Source of the DNA: the human T2T-CHM13v2.0 reference genome, Homo sapiens
Direction: 5' to 3' (one strand)
Length of the DNA: 64,000 nucleotides
Assembly (NCBI RefSeq): GCF_009914755.1
Contig: NC_060930.1
Shown here one piece after another: positions 62,662 through 64,000 of the stretch. The notes under the pieces were generated by a model. The model saw only the letters and a program-made list of their open reading frames with translations, was not told where the DNA came from and did no database searches. How positions within the stretch are numbered: position 1 is the stretch's first letter; the number at the start of each line of letters is the position of its first letter. The position numbers were made by a program, and so were the translations under genes.

Positions 62662-64000
62662 TGCAACAAGATAATGTCTGTTTATATGAAATCCCAAGAA
62701 TGTGTCTGTTTTTTGAACTTATAAGAAAATAAGGTAAACCAAGACTGCATGTGAAAAAGACTTAGCTCTCCTAGGCACAACCAGAAGCAGCTGAGATGAT
62801 TGGGTCATCTTAGCTGTGCAAAAGGAGTGCTGCTACATTCCAGAGAAACTGAGTTAGTCAGTAAAACATTAAATGGGTAACATTAAACACTGGCATTTGG
62901 CTAGGGTCCTGCCCTTCTTGGTACTCCAGATACCTATTACTTCTCAGTGGAGTATTTAAAGAACCTCTGGGCTAGAAGAGTTATCCACCAACAACTCTGA
63001 AGTGTTCATTGGCTATGAAGTGAAAAACCAATCATCTGCCTTCTGAGTGTTATCAATGATACATACAATTCTTATAGTCACAACTGTTAGGTCACGTAAC
63101 TCTGAAAAGGTCAAAGATATTGATGCTTGATACAGAAGGAAGGGAATACCAGTGAGTTGTCTGGACTACACTAAACATACCTGAAATCTGAGTTCGAGAA
63201 GTATAATAGAACTGGGCTCCAAATTAAGTCTCAGTTGCAAACTGGATTAATGGGGGATAGATTTCTATCTAGAAGAAAAGAAAGACTAATCTGTGTTTTA
63301 TGACGTTCCTAGTTAAGTATCACAATCAAGTATATAATTAAGGCTGTAATTCTCCAGATATGAAATATCACTTTATTTTTTAAAATAAAGTAAAAACAAA
63401 AACAAAAAAAACCCTGTCATGTTACAATTTTGAGATGGTAGCAAGCATCACAAAAATCAAAAGTCCAACAGTCCCAGGGGACTTAGTAAGTATATACAAT
63501 TATAGAAATAGTCTGGAGACAGTAAGGAATATCCAAATAGCAATACAGAAGACAAACCTTAATGATGATCTCCTTTTTAACCCTTATAAGTGTGGACACT
63601 GCATTTCATATTAAGCTCCATGAAAGCAGAAACCTTCATCAATCTTGTGACCATTCCTCCCTTGTACCTAATAAAGTGACTGGAACATAATAAAATGTGT
63701 TGAATGAAAGAAGCAAAATTATCTTCTCTAGAATCATACTGAAGAGAAAGGTAGAAAGCTAACTATTTTAATGCACTAGAAGAAAAATGGGGGAAATAAT
63801 TGTTCTTTCTCAAGTTCTTTTCCCATCCCTTTATATTCACTTCTATGAAGTTCAAAAAATAAAGACGACTCTGTATCAATATGCCCAAGATACCCTCTCA
63901 TATGACAATCACAAAAATTTCACCAAAGTCAGAGAAACACTGGGTTATCATAACATGCACAGCTTAATATTCACTACAATTGTACAACAGAGCATGGTAG

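Overview
This is human (primate) genomic DNA, very rich in Alu repeats. It contains the 3' part of ILRUN (C6orf106, chr6p21.31) on the minus strand: exon 3 (60447-60644, 198 nt, phase 1-1, NBR1-like/FW domain), exon 4 (20412-20761, 350 nt, disordered tail) and terminal exon 5 (CDS 4420-4455, GLHGPYPFGQS*). A ~3.3 kb 3'UTR ends at an ATTAAA signal near 1165. Exon numbering and protein identity come from recognising the 298-aa ILRUN sequence; exons 1-2 lie beyond the right edge. The introns hold ~50 Alus, L1/L2/MIR fragments, several DNA transposons (full-length Hsmar2, MADE1, Tigger3, Tigger4, MER44, MER20, MER81) and an antisense RPL7 processed pseudogene with a 16-bp TSD. Most ORFs in the supplied track are Alu or low-complexity artefacts. 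The most interesting observation is that a back-spliced exon 3+4 circle (548 nt), bracketed by inverted Alus, would carry a 181-aa ORF filling 546 of 548 nt, with its stop 2 nt before its own strong-Kozak ATG. Other leads are candidate poison, micro- and alternative last exons, a perfect 21-nt coding duplication, an AluYa5-like segment with clustered A>G changes inside an older Alu, an extended miR-34a site, and several palindromes and templated duplications. Repeat subfamily names are from memory of consensus sequences, and repeat boundaries are approximate.
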